A DNA stretch of 64,000 nucleotides from Alphaproteobacteria bacterium. Lineage in GTDB: Bacteria > Pseudomonadota > Alphaproteobacteria > MPNO01 > UBA830. The notes beneath the pieces were generated by a model that saw nothing but the letters and a program-made list of their open reading frames with translations, did not search any database and was not told where the DNA came from. Location of the stretch: positions 2,144,001 through 2,208,000 of the forward strand of contig OZ219790.1 in NCBI GenBank assembly GCA_964291215.2, read 5' to 3'. Below are positions 61,904 through 64,000 of the stretch, in pieces. Both the position numbers and the translations under genes were made by a program. The stretch's first letter is position 1; each line of letters opens with the position of its first letter.

Positions 61904-62935
61904 CTATTCGAACAGCCTGCCCTGGAGGCCGGGAGCGGGTTTCGTGCCACCGAGCACGCGCTGCGCGCTCCGGATATTCTCGACGAACCCTTCGTAGTCG
62001 TAGAGCGGCGGGCTGGAATTTCTCAGCTCGAGCATGGCGTAGCGGACTGCCTCGAGCCCCGATTCCGCGGGATTCTCGATCCAGTTCTGATAGTCGCTAT
62101 AGAGGTGCGACTGGCTCTCGGCGAGTTTCAGAAACGCCTCCAGGATGCCTGGCATACGGGTCTGGAAGCTGCGCATTACCTGCTCGGCGTAATACTGGGC
62201 GAGTCCTTCCTTGACCTCGTTGTCGGTGCCAATGAAATGGTTCGTGTTCCACGCGTTGCTGTTGAGATCAACGCCGCGGTGAGTGTAGGCATGGGCGAGC
62301 TCGTGGCAGAGCGTGATGACCGTAAGCACCGGGATCTGCAGGCCAAAGAGCGAGGCGAATATCGCTATCGGCATCCAGTAGATCTGGATTTTCGAGTCAT
62401 GCACCCAGTAGGCACCGAGAATGTCGTCCTCGATCGCCTCGAGGCGTTCGGCCAGAGTCCGTTCGACCGAATGGTCGATAATGCGTTCGACGAAGCGGCG
62501 GCTCGATTCCACCGAATCCATCTCGTCCGTGATGTCGCCGAGATGCCGGGCCAGCATGCCGCGCTCGTCGGCGATGACCCTGAGCCCCTCCCGCGCCGTT
62601 GCGAGCGCGGGACCATTGAGGATCAGCCACCATTGCCATGGCTCGATGTCGGCGGTTGCCTCGGCCAGGGGCTGCGGCATGCCGTCGACCACGGAAACCG
62701 GCACCGATGCGACCGCGCGGCCCGAATCGCCGGAAAGCTTGAGCGCTGTGGCGGCGCGCACCGCGTCCCGGAGGGCGACGTTCCAGCGTTTCACGGTCTC
62801 TGAAACCACAGATTGCGCGCCGGGCGCCAGAACATGCTGAAGCCGCTCCTCGGCCACCGTGACCGGCAGACGGCCCGGCGCCTTCTTCTCAAGATAGTAG
62901 GGTACGCTCCCGGGATCCTTCGCCATGCGTTCCAT
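61904..62935 (-). CDS. Hypothetical protein with gluzincin-like HEXXH motif
   Basis: DILGAY..IQIYW..TLCHELAHAYTHRG..EVKEGLAQYY; 343-aa intact ORF. Confidence 0.7.
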   Translation of the reverse strand: MERMAKDPGSVPYYLEKKAPGRLPVTVAEERLQHVLAPGAQSVVSETVKRWNVALRDAVRAATALKLSGDSGRAVASVPVSVVDGMPQPLAEATADIEPWQWWLILNGPALATAREGLRVIADERGMLARHLGDITDEMDSVESSRRFVERIIDHSVERTLAERLEAIEDDILGAYWVHDSKIQIYWMPIAIFASLFGLQIPVLTVITLCHELAHAYTHRGVDLNSNAWNTNHFIGTDNEVKEGLAQYYAEQVMRSFQTRMPGILEAFLKLAESQSHLYSDYQNWIENPAESGLEAVRYAMLELRNSSPPLYDYEGFVENIRSAQRVLGGTKPAPGLQGRLFE

Positions 62936-62973
62936 CCTCGTTTTCCCGCAGTCCCGGATCTAGCGATCGACCT

Positions 62974-63681
62974 TCAGGACCGAGCGTCGCCCGAATGGTT
63001 GCCGGACCGCTGCGTCCTGCCGCGCGCCCTGCCCTCGAGGCCGCGCCTGAACTTGTCGAGATGTGGGCCCTCGGGCGGCAGCTCGAAGACCGATTCCACC
63101 GATGTGTAGTCGAAATACCCCATCCGCGCGAGCGGCCGGCACTTCACGATGTCGATCCTGCCGTCCTCCGCGATCACTTCATCGCTGATGTGGACGCCGA
63201 TGACCTCGCCTACGACGACATAGGTCAAGTTGTCGAGACTGTTGCCAGGCAGCGTCAGGGTCGCGTGATAGCGGCACTCAAGATGCACCGGCGACGCCTT
63301 GACGCGCGGCGGCGCGACCAGCCGCGACGAAATCATCTCAAGCCCGGCCAATTCTGCCTCATCGACATGCGGCTCGACCATGCGTGCCGTCGTGTTGACG
63401 CAGTCGCGCAACTCCCATGTCGCCATGTTGCACACGAATTCGCCAGTCAGAAGCGCATTGCGCGCGCTGTCCTTGGGGCCGCCATCCGCAAAGTGCGACC
63501 CCGACGAGAACATGACGTAGGGCGGATCGTAACCGAGATTGTTGAACTGGCTGTAGGGCGCAAGGTTGATTATGCCGTCAGGATCGAGCGTGGTGATCCA
63601 CCCGATTGGCCGCGGCACGACGATCGACTTGTAGGGGTCACGAGGAAGTCCGTGATCGTTCGTTGCGGTCTCGTAGAACAT
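62974..63681 (-). CDS. Flavin reductase-like family protein
   Basis: VVPRPIGWITT..NLAPYSQFN, KDSARN..TGEFV and SPVHLEC motifs; RBS GGAGG. Confidence 0.88.
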   Translation of the reverse strand: MFYETATNDHGLPRDPYKSIVVPRPIGWITTLDPDGIINLAPYSQFNNLGYDPPYVMFSSGSHFADGGPKDSARNALLTGEFVCNMATWELRDCVNTTARMVEPHVDEAELAGLEMISSRLVAPPRVKASPVHLECRYHATLTLPGNSLDNLTYVVVGEVIGVHISDEVIAEDGRIDIVKCRPLARMGYFDYTSVESVFELPPEGPHLDKFRRGLEGRARGRTQRSGNHSGDARS

Positions 63682-63731
63682 GGCTACCTCCCAGTCTCGG
63701 ATGCGGAATGCGGCGGCGTAGCGCGACGATG

Positions 63732-64000
63732 TCAGCCGCCACCGGCGGCGATGTTGTCGATCAGGCGGGTCCTGCCCAACCATGCCGCAGCGAAGACCCT
63801 GAGTCCGGGACCGTGGCGCAACGCCGGGCGCAGCGTCGTCGCCTCGCGGACCTCAAGATAGTCGACGCGGTCGAAGCCCGCCACGCGCAGCGCCGCCCGG
63901 CCGCCGCCGCAGGCGGCAGCGATGTCCGAGCCCGGCGCAAGGTCTTGCGCTATCTTCTGGAGAGTCTCGTGAAGGACCGGGGCGATGCGGCGCTCGACCG
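63732..64000 (-). CDS. panC: Pantoate--beta-alanine ligase, 3' end (partial)
   Basis: Manual translation ..ERRIAPVLHETL..AGFDRVDYLEVREA..RVFAAAWLGRTRLIDNI. Confidence 0.85.
   Translation of the reverse strand, partial: VERRIAPVLHETLQKIAQDLAPGSDIAAACGGGRAALRVAGFDRVDYLEVREATTLRPALRHGPGLRVFAAAWLGRTRLIDNIAAGGG

Overview
GC-rich bacterial window, most consistent with an alphaproteobacterium (inferred from gene content only). Positions 1-31.6 kb and 49-50 kb and 54-61 kb are accessory DNA full of decayed IS elements (IS630, IS66, IS256, IS30, IS21, IS5, IS1595, IS1380, a tnpB remnant, a group II intron 5' end) and two MITE families with visible target-site duplications. Embedded in it are a patatin + CD-NTase(AGS-C) CBASS operon whose cyclase has one in-frame TAG, chrR-rpoE, and a sigmaE-promoter-driven furan-fatty-acid-type operon that was apparently separated from rpoE by a ~9.35 kb insertion. 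That insertion carries IS66-type elements with a Dam-like methyltransferase passenger, RTX fragments, a repeat-containing surface lipoprotein, and two homologous promoters with poly-G spacers. Positions 31.6-54 kb hold a catabolic gene cluster, a YhaO/YhaN-like nuclease-ATPase pair and a peptide ABC transporter. A toxin-antitoxin hotspot follows, including a single-gene HipA kinase with an extra N-terminal domain and tandem inverted-repeat operators. The window ends with an LLM oxidoreductase, an HEXXH protein, a flavin reductase and the 3' end of panC. No tRNA, rRNA or CRISPR array was seen. All family calls are from motif recognition by eye, not database searches.
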